A stretch of 56,749 nt of DNA, filler included, from Porpidia crustulata (taxonomy: Eukaryota): the NCBI GenBank assembly GCA_964255105.1. It is 2 parts of 2 records of this genome, joined end to end, with 100 filler letters (N's around TTAATTAATTAA, not from the genome) between each part and the next. Parts side by side here need not be neighbours in the genome. Positions count along the whole stretch, not along the records: positions 1 to 28,572 come from CAXUWE010000029.1; positions 28,673 to 56,749 come from CAXUWE010000030.1. One strand, 5' to 3'. A model generated the notes under the pieces. It was not told the DNA's origin, made no database searches, and saw only the letters and a program-made list of their open reading frames with translations. Shown here in pieces: positions 24,497 through 35,927 of the stretch. Both the position numbers and the translations under genes were made by a program. How positions within the stretch are numbered: the stretch's first letter is position 1; each line of letters begins with the position of its first letter.

Positions 24497-26944
24497 ATGA
24501 CATCAAATCATGACGATGGCTCGTTCGAAGATACCACCAGTTCCTTAGGAGACAGCTCCTACGACTTCATTGACGATCGAAGCCTCGCAACTTCTGACGA
24601 TGAGGAAACCCGGAGTGCCATGACACAATCGACCTCGAGTGACGAGCATTATAATTACCAGAACAATACCCATTCCCAAGATCCATCGGCTCCCAGCAAC
24701 AACATTGGAGTCGGCCAGCTTTCCAACATTTCATTAGACTCAGTCTCTGTGGACCGAGAAAATCCGTTGCAGTCTGAATCTCAGGTGACAGACCGGGCTA
24801 TCGGCCCCCACGATGATTGCACTATCAAAGATTCTCTCCATAACGGTCAGTCCAAAGGTCAGGAGGAGGATACACACTCATTCATCAAATTAAGAGAGGC
24901 TACACAACCGGATTCACAGGGTATAATTGATGGTTCCGACCCTCTTAGGGCGTATAGAGGATCAAACACTGCTCAGGTTTGGCCTACAAATTCCCCCAAT
25001 TGCTCCTCGGAGAAGATTACCGTCGAGATTGAGCAGACCCTGCTCAGCCAAGGATTACTTCTCGAAAAGCCCTACAAAGTGTTATACGTGGGAGATCATG
25101 AAGTCAAAGATTTGATTATTCAAAAAGTAGGGGCTGCTCTAGCTGCCACCCCCAGAATCGACGAGGTCAGGCCATCTAAATTCAGCATTGTGCCGATCTC
25201 TTCTTTCGGTGATACTGCGTCTCCGGATGTAGTCTTGATTGATTCCTCTGGCCTCGAGCTGATCGTTGATGAATGTACCTCTGCTACGTTTGTCAGTGGA
25301 GATGAAGGCAACGATACCATTTGCATGACTTTGTCTGACGGTATGCTCGTTCAATCTTCCTGGTCGGGATCCAATTTCCGGGTATCGGGCCATTGGACGC
25401 TCCCCCATGTGGCCATTTTTTACCTATCATCAAAAAACACTATATTGGCCAAACAAACCGAACGCTTTGCTCGGGCTTTCATGAATCGCCATAGCGTGCC
25501 AGCGATTGTAATTTCCGACCTGGAGTTCGAAAAAAGCGGGACAGGGACTAATGCAATTGACATACGAACACCGCATCTCCTTCTTGAGTCTTGTGGTCCC
25601 TTTCCAAGCACCGAATATTTGCCAATCAATCTTCCGACATTCCTACACCTCGACGCCGGTCAACTAAGCAGGAATTTATTGTATCTTGCCCACGATGCAA
25701 CCTCCGCAACAACTATTAGGGGAAGTGATACGGTCAACAAGATTGATCGAGGAGGAGGCCGAGCACTTGCCGAGACTGACCGCCAATTTGATGGAATGAT
25801 TGACGGATTCTGCAAATTTCTACCGATGACAGTAGTTCTTCTCCTCTCTACGCTGCTTTTTCACTTGATCATGTCCAACACTATTCGCCAATATTGGACG
25901 TCGGAGCCCAACAGTCATTGGGGAATGCCCATACAAGCTATCACGACACTCTCACTGACTTCGCCACAGCCGACATCGATTGTTCCTACCTCAGCCCTCA
26001 GTCACTACTCGGTAGCTTCGAATGGAGTGACTTCTCTTTCTCAACCAGTCCAAATTCCAAAAGGTATATCAACAGTACACGAAAATACCGATATCACATC
26101 TTATCTCGCTTCCTTTCTGACTGAGGGCCACTCGCCTTCGACCAATAATTCCGACAAGTTCAAGGTGCACGTTATCGGAGATCGTCATATTGTTCTACGG
26201 CCACCATACTGGTTTACACGTGCAAGGAAAGCCCCTAAGTTGCTATTTAAGATCACGCGAGACGGTACCATACTAGAACACGAGGTTTCACCTCTTTTTG
26301 ATGGAGTATACGCACTAAAACTTCGCCGCGCTGACGCTTACGGCGTGCTCTCTGTCTCCGTTTGGACAACATCCAAACCCAAGATTCACGAAAATTTTCA
26401 GGTGGCCTTGAAATCCTCATGGCTAAATATGGGCGGCTGGAAGAAATTTGCAGGCGGCATGATCAGTGGCGTTTGGGGGGATCTATCCAGCATCCGCAGT
26501 GATCTGGTAGTTTCCTGTACCCATACAAGTAATGGATTTCGATCGCTCTTGCAGAGCACATTCATCAAAGCTGCCAACTGCCAAAAAGGAGCCGCTAGGC
26601 TCAAGGCGGCATCACATCAATTCTCAGAGAAATGGCAAAATCGCAGTAACACCGTCACAGGACATATATCACAACACATGCAAAGGCTAGGCCGAAAATT
26701 GGCTTTTTGTGTCGACAATCGAAGGGCTATGATTCTCGAGCATGCAGCCAGTGTAACGTGGAAAATCAAAGCTGCTGCGGACAAAGTTAGTAGGCTCAGA
26801 GAAAATCACTTAAGGAGAACGCAGAAGGGCGTGCTAAAAGCATGGTGGAGCGTTCGTGGTTTGCCCTTGCAGAGGTCTGGGAGGGAGACCGAGGGCACTC
26901 TGCGCAAACACACTGTGGGTGTTAAGAGTAGAATTAGTCGATGA
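24497..26944 (+). CDS. Uncharacterised single-pass membrane protein (~815 aa)
   Basis: Long ORF with an acidic/Ser-rich N-terminus, a globular-looking middle and one hydrophobic segment (~25817-25876). The upstream in-frame ATGs fall in a probable 5'UTR intron (24288-24385; GTATGT...GCTGAC...CAG). Confidence 0.8.
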   Translation: MTSNHDDGSFEDTTSSLGDSSYDFIDDRSLATSDDEETRSAMTQSTSSDEHYNYQNNTHSQDPSAPSNNIGVGQLSNISLDSVSVDRENPLQSESQVTDRAIGPHDDCTIKDSLHNGQSKGQEEDTHSFIKLREATQPDSQGIIDGSDPLRAYRGSNTAQVWPTNSPNCSSEKITVEIEQTLLSQGLLLEKPYKVLYVGDHEVKDLIIQKVGAALAATPRIDEVRPSKFSIVPISSFGDTASPDVVLIDSSGLELIVDECTSATFVSGDEGNDTICMTLSDGMLVQSSWSGSNFRVSGHWTLPHVAIFYLSSKNTILAKQTERFARAFMNRHSVPAIVISDLEFEKSGTGTNAIDIRTPHLLLESCGPFPSTEYLPINLPTFLHLDAGQLSRNLLYLAHDATSATTIRGSDTVNKIDRGGGRALAETDRQFDGMIDGFCKFLPMTVVLLLSTLLFHLIMSNTIRQYWTSEPNSHWGMPIQAITTLSLTSPQPTSIVPTSALSHYSVASNGVTSLSQPVQIPKGISTVHENTDITSYLASFLTEGHSPSTNNSDKFKVHVIGDRHIVLRPPYWFTRARKAPKLLFKITRDGTILEHEVSPLFDGVYALKLRRADAYGVLSVSVWTTSKPKIHENFQVALKSSWLNMGGWKKFAGGMISGVWGDLSSIRSDLVVSCTHTSNGFRSLLQSTFIKAANCQKGAARLKAASHQFSEKWQNRSNTVTGHISQHMQRLGRKLAFCVDNRRAMILEHAASVTWKIKAAADKVSRLRENHLRRTQKGVLKAWWSVRGLPLQRSGRETEGTLRKHTVGVKSRISR

Positions 26945-27405
26945 AGGTTCTTCTAGGTTTCTCTGATGCAATGGCGTAAGGTAGGGAGGATATGGGTCTG
27001 GTTGAATCTTCAGGATGGAATTAGAGATCAGGGCCATATTCAAGCTATCACATTTGCAGGCGCTCTGATGGCGTTTGGCAATCACACGGCTGCGTTTTGC
27101 TACCATCAGTCGTGTAAACATTCACGAATTCCAGTTACCTTAATCCTGTGTTGTATGAAATAGAACAAAACACCGCATCGATTTGATGGGGATTTCAAAG
27201 AACGATAAGATATGATGTTGAAATATGAATCAGCCAATGACAAAACTTCACTCAGAATGATTATTTCTGCGCTAGTATAAAGTAACAGCGAGATTCTTTA
27301 TGCGGCCTACTCTAGCTAGCATGGTTGATACAACCACGGTCAACAAATCTCTACAGGATATTACAAACTGATTCAACTTTGCCTATCTGGTAGACATCTC
27401 TCACA

Positions 27406-28370
27406 ATGTCTGCAGATACAGACACAAAGCTCGATCTCAGCGAGGACCAAACTACTTCGAGCAAACCCAGGTCCGCGGAGCACGAGGCTAAGACCACCGA
27501 AGAAGATGCGGGCAAGACCACTTACACTGGTATGGCGACCTCTGCTGCTGCAAGTGCCGCTACGACGGCAACCGCTACCGCTGCTGGAGTAAAGGACAAT
27601 GTTTTCTCCATGTTTGGCGGTGGGGCCAAAAAGGAAAAGAAAGAAGATCCAGATGAACCTGAGGATAGGTCTGGATCATTGAAATCAAAGAAAGAAGCGG
27701 AGGTAGTAGAAGCCGAGGCGGACGCCGGGGTACTTTCCAATCCACTTGGAATATACGAGTTGGTGGGTTTACTAACCATGTGCTCCGCTCGTAGGGAGAC
27801 GATGCCCCCGAGTCTCCTGACGTACACTTTGAGCCAGTTGTGCATCTTACCGAGAGAGTTGAAACCAAGACCAATGAGGAGTTGGAGGAGCAGACTTTCA
27901 AGATGCGCGCCAAGCTCTTCAAGTTCGATCGAGATAGTAGAGAATGGAAGGAGCGAGGCACAGGTGATGTTAGGCTACTGAAGCACAAGGATAACGGCAA
28001 AACAAGGCTGGTCATGAGGAGGGACAAAACTCTGAAGGTCTGCGCCAATCACTACGGTATGCTATGAATAAGGTTTAATGAGGGTGAACATTCTGTATTG
28101 ACAATATTACAGTTGTCCCGGATATGAAATTATCGCCCAACGTTGGCAGCGACCGGAGCTGGGTATGGAACGCAGCGGCAGACGTTAGTGAAGGGGAGCC
28201 AGAACCTCAAACCCTTGCCATTCGGTTCGCCAATAGCGAAAGTAGGACGCATCCCGCTCTTCCAATCTTCTATGGGAACGTACTAATCATCTTCTCTAGA
28301 TGCTAATCTATTCAAAGAGGCCTTTATCAAGGCGCAGCAAGAGAATGAAGCTCTGTTCAAGGAGGAATAA
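27406..28370 (+). CDS. YRB1: Ran-specific GTPase-activating protein / RanBP1 (4 exons)
   Basis: Motifs [42 protein letters not shown] and RSWVW. Introns 27730-27794, 28057-28112 and 28242-28299. Confidence 0.96.
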
Positions 28371-28572
28371 AGAGTTGGCTACCAGGACTAGCTATGCAGA
28401 ATAAAACATGCTCGATTTAGTCATGCGGAATCTGCTCAAGACTAGAGTGCGTGCATACTTGAGATTTAATTCTAACTCGACTTCCATCTTCACCTCTTAT
28501 CCTAGATTTGATCAAGGCGAAATGGGGGTTGCGCACGCCAGCGGATTGCTGCAATCCTTTCAAGCCTATATG

Positions 28573-28672
28573 NNNNNNNNNNNNNNNNNNNNNNNNNNNN
28601 NNNNNNNNNNNNNNNNTTAATTAATTAANNNNNNNNNNNNNNNNNNNNNNNNNNNNNNNNNNNNNNNNNNNN
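28573..28672. other. Artificial assembly spacer (N44-TTAATTAATTAA-N44)
   Basis: Exactly 100 bp of Ns with a centred palindrome that gives stop codons in all six frames. Confidence 0.97.
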
Positions 28673-29101
28673 TTCGTTTTCGCTAAATTCAAAAATCGGC
28701 CATACCAATTTGCACACAGCGATATATTTATTTATAGCAAATTTAAGCTTAAACTTATCATTTAGTGCCAAGCCTTTTGAAGATCCAACAGGAAACGTTG
28801 AAACCCTTAAACGGTCTTCAGTTCCTCAGGTCCATTCGTTGTGTCTGTTTCGATATTTTACTGCTGTTAAATTGGCGTCTTCTGGTCTCTACTGTTGAAT
28901 TAACAATATCTCGACAGTCATTCTCGTAATCATCCTTTCCACTCACTAGAACACATAGCTTCAATATCCTGAAGTGTCCTGAGTCTACTCACCGATCAAG
29001 CACGAGCCACAGCTTTGCGTGCCATGAATGGAGCAAAAGTATATCATACGAACAAGTCTTAGCTCCTTTGCGGGTGGAGAGCGGGCATCTCCACCTAGAC
29101 T

Positions 29102-32100
29102 ATGACCGCCAATGTACAGATAGATGGTTCGCACCCCACTGCCGAAGCGGCTAACAAAGTCGGTTCTACGCCTACTTCGGACGTCTTGGATGGACTGAAG
29201 ACTTCTTCACTTCCTCAATCAGCAAGCCATACTCAACTACCAACAATTCCAATTCTCCACGCTACGCCCGAGAGCAATGGTATCAAACGTACTTTCTCTG
29301 AGAGTGTCCTGGCAAATCCAGCAGAAAGGACTTTCCAGCAATCAATCAGCAGGCAAGAGTCAGAAGAGGATAGAAATATACAAGAACATACAAGTGGCAA
29401 GACGTTTCTTCAGAGAAAATCAAGTCGCTCTTTGATCAGTCCCAAAATCGCTGTCTCAAAATTCGCGTTAGGACCACGTGGGGATACTGGTGACCGCACG
29501 CGGGAGTCAAGAAATGGGAGCCTGAAGGAGACACTTGATCTAGAAACAAAACGCCGCTCTGTCACAGGATCTCTATCTAGCTTCGCTAGAAAATCGTGGA
29601 TTTCAGCTTCAAGATCTCCGTCGCCTAAAAATAGAAAATTTCGAACAGATGTGCCCATTGGGAATGAATCATATACCATTAGCAGAAAGCTCTCATCAAG
29701 GTCTAATACTTTCAACCGAAACGATGACGAAAGGAAAGACACCAATGGCCATTCTAATACGCCGGAGAAGAGAAGTACCACGACACCTAGGAAGTCAAGG
29801 CGACCCTTAAGTGCGTTCCTCGGAAAAGGGTCTTCCGAAGCGGGCGTTCCGTCTGTACCTTCGATTCCGAAGTCTTATTCGACTGATAAATTGCCATCCC
29901 TAAATCATGATAATTCATTATCAGACAAACCTCCTGCTCTTCCCAGGTCCATGTCATCTGACAGACTACAAGCGCTAGGGACGGAATCACCGCGAAAGAA
30001 AGATGACTTGTGGGGAGCATTCCGAGCACTTGATGGAGACTTTCAAAAGTGAGTTTAAACCCTGTTCCGACTATTGAAGCCGCTTTTGTAAATGTAACTA
30101 CAGATTCCAGACGCGAACAAGCACTCTCAAAACTGTAATTATCCGTTCCGCTCTTCTCCCTTTTCTGAGAAGCTACGCCGAGCATCCCTCCAATACGCAT
30201 TTGAGACCGGAAGATCTCGACAGACGCGTGAACATCCTCAACAAGTGGTGGACAGCCCTACTGGAAATGCTCAATGGTAGGAATGGTGAGTCAGTGTCAG
30301 GCAACGATAGACCTACCATACTTGAAGCTGTCACTGCTCTTATGACTAGGCCTGAATGGACTTTACATCCAACACCCTTCGCGTTTCGTGTAGACAAAAT
30401 GTTGCGACCATCTCTCAAATCCCGGTCAACCACCTCCCTCGGATCAACAGCTTCCGATTTTCTCTCCGATTCTGTGCTTCATAATATTAGAAATACATAT
30501 GTCCAGAATCTCTTAGCACAGATGGCGTTCGTGGTCGACAGAATGTCAATGCGGAATGTAGCTGCCAGCGTTGTGGCGTTCTGTGGAAAGGCCATCGCAT
30601 ATGCTTTCTTTTACTGCGATGGTATAGCCGAGATCTTGGTCCGCCTTTGGGCAAGATCTCCGGAAATCTTAAGACGAGTTCTTACTCAGAATGGGGTCCA
30701 ACGAGCCACAGACCTGGGGGCTGCCTCTGCACGGGTCGCTATCAAGTTTCCACCATGCGTGCACAATTTGGCGTTCCGCTCCTTCAGCTCCATGATGAAA
30801 AATCTTCGTCATCGACCTCAGGTACCTATCGCCACTGCATTTATACCCTGGCACGGTCCTTGGGTAGGGAGGTGGGCTGGGAGAGATAGTGACCTTTTCT
30901 TCGTTTTCGCTAAGAACTACTACGATCTGACTTGTCGGTTTCTTCCGAACGATAGTAGTCGAGAAGAGAGAACATGTGCGCCCGGCTACGTTTTGGTACA
31001 AGCGCAAATGCTAACCGTCCTGGATGCAACAATCCAACGTGTTATTGGCCAGCCTTCAGACCATTACATTGGCCCTCTGTCTGCAAATTTTGATGACATG
31101 CTTGGCGAGGCAGACGCGTCTGCGACTTTGCTCCCGTTGCCTCCAAGCGGTATCAATCGCTCAATGGCTGAGAACCGCCTGATCATGATGTTGAGAGACT
31201 GCCTATCAGGGTCATCTACTATGTCAGCTAAGGCCCAGAGAAATTTTGCCGAATCTTTTGGCGACCTTCTTAAATCTGCTACTCGGAATATATCACTATT
31301 TGACCACAACGCATGCTTCACGCTGTGTGATTTCATGGAAGAAGCCATCACCATCTTAGATCGATATCATCAAACATCGAATCAGGAGCTGCCTATCCTT
31401 GACTGGGCGTTCTGGCTGGACGTCTGTAACCATATGTTGCGAAGTCAGAATACTATGACTGAGATACGACTTTGTGCGTTTCTTTACAGTCTTTGGAGCA
31501 CCATCATCAATGATGAAGGCAGGAAGCGTGAACTGTGTTTGGAGTGGCTCCTTGATGAGACTACCTTTGAGACGATGTTCAATCATTGGTGTCCAATGGT
31601 ACGGTCATATTACATGCGTCTTCTCTGTTGGAAGGTTGCGCGATTAGCCGGCTCGAAGTCTGAAATTGATATGTAAGTCCTCTAATGCACAACTCTCAAG
31701 CCACTTGACCAACTCGTCTCCAGAACGATACTAGAAACTCTTTCTCTTCGCTTGAATCGTGTGTGGTGCTATTTTCTGTATCTTCAACGGCACGCTGAAG
31801 CCCATGGTCTCGTGGCCCCTTCGACAGCGCCTTGTAGTCCAGCCCCGGGACGTCGCCTTCTCATTATGAGGAATGACGTCCAAGCTGCACCGGGCGGAAT
31901 CTTTCTGTCCTTCGACGGCATTCTAGCCTCTACCTCATCTTCAATGACTCAACCAACTGCCTATGAAAGGCATAGTTCATTGGACACTTTAACTCAGGCA
32001 ACAGCATCACAGCTCTCGTTAGCTAGAGAGGATGTGAAGAGCTCTTCTCACACCGGCAAGAAGCGCTGGGGTCTATTCAAAACCATCATGCCCTTCTCCG

Positions 32101-32552
32101 GCTTTCCTGATGATCGCTCCAAGTCGCATGCGGCCACATTAACTTCTAGACCATTAACCGGGAATGAACCTGCTACACAGAACGAGCTTACCACAGCTAA
32201 GACAACACCATCATACCCGTCCTTTCGTCCATACTCTTTCAAATTCTCGCTTGAATGGGCTGACAGGGACATCGACCCTGCTGGAAAGGAAAGGCCTTTG
32301 TACCCTCCCAGACTTCCCTTGCCTGCTCAAACGATCCTTCAATCAGTGCAAGTTCACAATTCTAGTTTTGAGCCTACTAAACCAGAAGGGTCGGCCATTC
32401 AGTCCAGCAAATACGCTGGCAGGGCTCTTGCAGAATGGGCCATACTGATCCTTGAGTGTCAAACCTTCTTTGAAAGACGAAAGAATGAGGGCGTTCCGAG
32501 TAATGAGCAAGTTGAAACGCCAACGCTGGGTGTGGAGACCTTTCGCAGATGA
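29102..32552 (+). CDS. DUF1765-like conserved fungal protein (3 exons)
   Basis: Ser/basic disordered N-terminus, then ILNKWWTALL, AFCGKAIAYAFF, LFDHNACF, FNHWCPMVRSYYMRLLCW and KYAGRALAEW. Introns 30049-30103 and 31673-31723. Confidence 0.85.
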
Positions 32553-32958
32553 GCTGTTTGATATCTACATTCCCGGTACCAGTTTTGTCGATAAATGGTA
32601 GTGATTTATAAGGGGTCATGGCGTAGCTTCGTGACGGCGTTAGTGTGATAATGAATTGCGCACATTTTCTTGGCCTAGGGTCTTTACAAGGTGTCTATGG
32701 TCCAGTTTGGGTATGGGTATGATCCTAATATCAATTTTCTCCTATATAACACATCTACCTGGATGGCTCTGGATTGATCATAGTGCGCGCCAGCACAGCA
32801 GGGCAAACTGAGCCCCAGCGTCAGAAGAGAAATTTGGAGGGTATCTCGAACTATAGAAATACAGACGTAATAAGCATCAAATCACGATCCCAACGCGAAA
32901 CCAGAAAACTTATCGCACCTTACCTTAGCAAACGCTTGAAAGAAGCTCTGGAGATAGA

Positions 32959-34242
32959 TCATGAGTCTACTTCGCCTTCCTCAATGCCATTGTCTAGTTC
33001 TCCGCCGTCCGTAGCAGTAGGCTCAGCCACACTGTCGGAATGGGTAACTACGCCGTTTGTGTGGACAGTATTACCATTGACCTTTTGCCTTTTCCGAGGA
33101 CTGCAACGGGAATGATGACCGTTTGCTACGTCGCCATTGGTCCTCTGGCTAAGACTGTTACCATTTTGACCGACATATCCGTTCGCAGTGACGCTATGCT
33201 CCAAGCTTTCTTTCTCATCCCTTACCCTTTTTGCGCCATTATCTTGCATACCTAGGGGCTCGGACGGTGGGCTACCTCTTTGACTAGGCTTCTGCAATGT
33301 AAAATCGGCATGCTCGTCAATCTTCTCCCGCATAGCCCTTGTCTTCGCGGTCGCCTCGTCGCCGTCTTCCGGTGTGCGCTCGTGTGTTACAGCCTCTCTT
33401 GATGTTTTGAAAGGAATGGTTTCGTACATGATAGCCATGATATTACATGCTCTTCGTATGCTCCTCAATTGCACCCCAATAGTCTCCCACCATGGTCTCC
33501 CATGTACATCGTCCGGTAAACAAAGCCCGCAATGCTTCGCCGCCGCATATAGTGAACTCGCTGCAATAGTCCTACTCGGGAACAGGAGACACAGCATTGT
33601 CATACAACTGTCATTAACAAATGCCCAGGCTGCGTTTCTTAGCCTCTTGTTGTCTTGCTCCCCGAAGAACATCAACAATTCGAACATGGTCTTGTGCGGC
33701 GGTTCCAAGCTCAAGTCGAAGCAAATAGCTTCAAGCAGCAGATCTTCGTTATGCAGAATATTGTCTTTCCACCTCCAATACTCCTTATCCTGCTCGTCCA
33801 CCACCTTGCCCGGATCTTTCTGCGCCACCCTAACACATGCAATCACCAAATCCTTCATTTTCCTACAGTCCTCTTCAACCTTCGTCGCTAAGAACAGACT
33901 TGTCGCGGCCATGGAGTAGTAGTGAAAACCCGGCCTTCCAGGTACATCGACCATGGAATGGCGCATGTAAAACCGGTGTAGGAAGACATTAGCGGTAGCG
34001 AGAGTGATTTGGGGGAGCTTAAGCATGATGCCAACTTGGAGAATAAAGTTGACACCCTTGCTACGGTTTTCGCGCTCTTTTTCAGGCGAGAGGCCGTCGA
34101 GTACAGAAGGCGTACTGAGGAGTTCGGTCTCGGTGAAGAGCCATTGGGATTCAGCGAGGAGGAGAAGTTCGCTTGGGAGTGCTGGAGGTTGGCGCAAAGG
34201 AGACATAGGTGTAGAGTTTTGACTCAAAGATGCGACAGGCAT
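32959..34242 (-). CDS. Transcriptional cyclin (cyclin T/K type, Pch1/Bur2-like)
   Basis: Cyclin box QWLFTETELLSTPS...KGVNFILQVGIMLKLPQITLATANVFLHRFYM...LFLATKVEE. The C-terminus ends in EEGEV. Confidence 0.92.
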   Translation of the reverse strand: MPVASLSQNSTPMSPLRQPPALPSELLLLAESQWLFTETELLSTPSVLDGLSPEKERENRSKGVNFILQVGIMLKLPQITLATANVFLHRFYMRHSMVDVPGRPGFHYYSMAATSLFLATKVEEDCRKMKDLVIACVRVAQKDPGKVVDEQDKEYWRWKDNILHNEDLLLEAICFDLSLEPPHKTMFELLMFFGEQDNKRLRNAAWAFVNDSCMTMLCLLFPSRTIAASSLYAAAKHCGLCLPDDVHGRPWWETIGVQLRSIRRACNIMAIMYETIPFKTSREAVTHERTPEDGDEATAKTRAMREKIDEHADFTLQKPSQRGSPPSEPLGMQDNGAKRVRDEKESLEHSVTANGYVGQNGNSLSQRTNGDVANGHHSRCSPRKRQKVNGNTVHTNGVVTHSDSVAEPTATDGGELDNGIEEGEVDS

Positions 34243-34708
34243 GTCAACAACCTTAAACCGTATGCTGTACTATCAGAGCAAGGTCGAGAGAAGATTAATC
34301 AATGAGACTGCATATTCGGAGTTAATCTGCTAATCGCTTTGAAGATCAGAAAGTACGATAGGTCGAATCCACTAGGGGCTAGACTGTCAAAAGCCAATGG
34401 AGCAGTTCAGTTTACGGTGTCTCGCTTAAGCACTCCAGTAATTTTTGGGGTATCCTAGTGCAGTGAGTGTGTACTACCTATGTAGGTATGGTGTCATTGA
34501 TTTCATACGTTATCATCGTACGGCTTGTAATCAATTGCCATGTAATTCGCTGCAAGTGACTTGGAATTCTGCAATCATATCTTGATCATTGATTTTTACA
34601 AGACAAATCTTGAGATCATTCAGCATTTGTATCTTCAATAATACCTACAGTATTCGTTGACAAATTATCAAAATCCTAACAATTCATTCCATCTAAAATA
34701 AAACAGAG

Positions 34709-35927
34709 ATGTCTCCCCGCAATGATTGTTACTTGTCTCTTTGTCTTGAGCAAGCTGCTTTATCTCCTTTGCACTACCGCCATGGTTGCGTCGTTGTTCG
34801 TGGCGGGAAAGTCATTGGCCAAGGCTACAATGACCACCGATCTCAGTTCGATGGGAGGTCCGAGAGATTAGCATCGTCCAGCGCGTACAACAGCCCCGCT
34901 TTTGCGGCTCTGAAGCAGAGGAAAAATCGAAGCAGTAAGACTGCCATTGAAGAGTGTGAAACCTCGGAAGAGATGGAACAAAAACCAAACACGTATCCTG
35001 CTTATGGCGGCTCGAATGGACACTCCGTCGCGAATGCTCCGCTCTCAATGCATTCGGAGATGATGGCGATTCACTCAGCTCTTTTGTCGTCGAATATTAT
35101 GGCTCCTCGCACGTCTAAACGATCCACTCAGTGGTTACAAAAACCACACTACAAATTATCGTGCCGTGGTAAACGAGACTTACCTTTACAGAACCTTGAA
35201 GCCTACGTCAGCCGAGCAATCGCAGAGGGTACCGTTACACGAGAGAAAGCACATGCTGGCCAGCAATGCGGTGGCGTGTCCCAGGCTCAAGAGTCGCAAT
35301 TTGGAACGTATTCATCTCAACGCGGTCGAGGAGGAGGAGAAGGAGTATCAGAACCGGGAGCACGGGTACGAGAACCACAAGAAGAAGAAAAAGGAACCCA
35401 ATTATAGTGGCAAAGATCGCTGTGGAAGACAATCAATGAGGCCAGAGCTTCAGCTGGAAGCTACAGGTCAACCCCATACCGTTATTGACCGCATGAAGAA
35501 CTCTCGAGTGCGTGGCTCCGATCTCTACGTAGCGAGGCTCAGCTGGATCAAGAAGAAGACTGACACTGTCGCTCATCTCCTTGACCACAAGGCCAAAGAG
35601 GCTACCCCCAAATCCAACAAAACTCCCGCCTCTCTCCACGATGAACTCCGCCAACTCCCCTTGTCGAATATTCAACCTTCTCAGATGCCAAAGACCGCCG
35701 AATGTGCGAAAGCAACGCAGTCGCGCCCCTGTTACCGCTGTATCTACTATATGCATTCTGCCGGGGTCAAACGTGTTTTTTGGACAAATAACCAGGGCGA
35801 ATGGGAGGGCGCCAAGGTAAGGGATCTGGTAGATGCACTGGATGGAAAGAGGGGGCCGGGGAATAGCGAAGAGATTTTTGTAACGAAGCATGAGGTGCTC
35901 CGGCTAAGGGGTATGCTAGGGCTATAA
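34709..35927 (+). CDS. Zinc-dependent CMP/dCMP (cytidine deaminase-fold) deaminase encoded in two overlapping frames
   Basis: ORF1 (34709-35407) carries HGCVVVRGGKVIGQGYN and MHSEMMAI. ORF2 (ending 35927, +1 frame) carries GSDLYVAR and SRPCYRC...GVKRVFWT. How the two are joined is unresolved. Confidence 0.85.

Noticed and set aside
33374..33919. Antisense ORFs over the cyclin, and similar ones over DNF3, RSC7 and SCH9
   Set aside because: These are shadow ORFs expected opposite real coding sequence, with no recognisable motifs.
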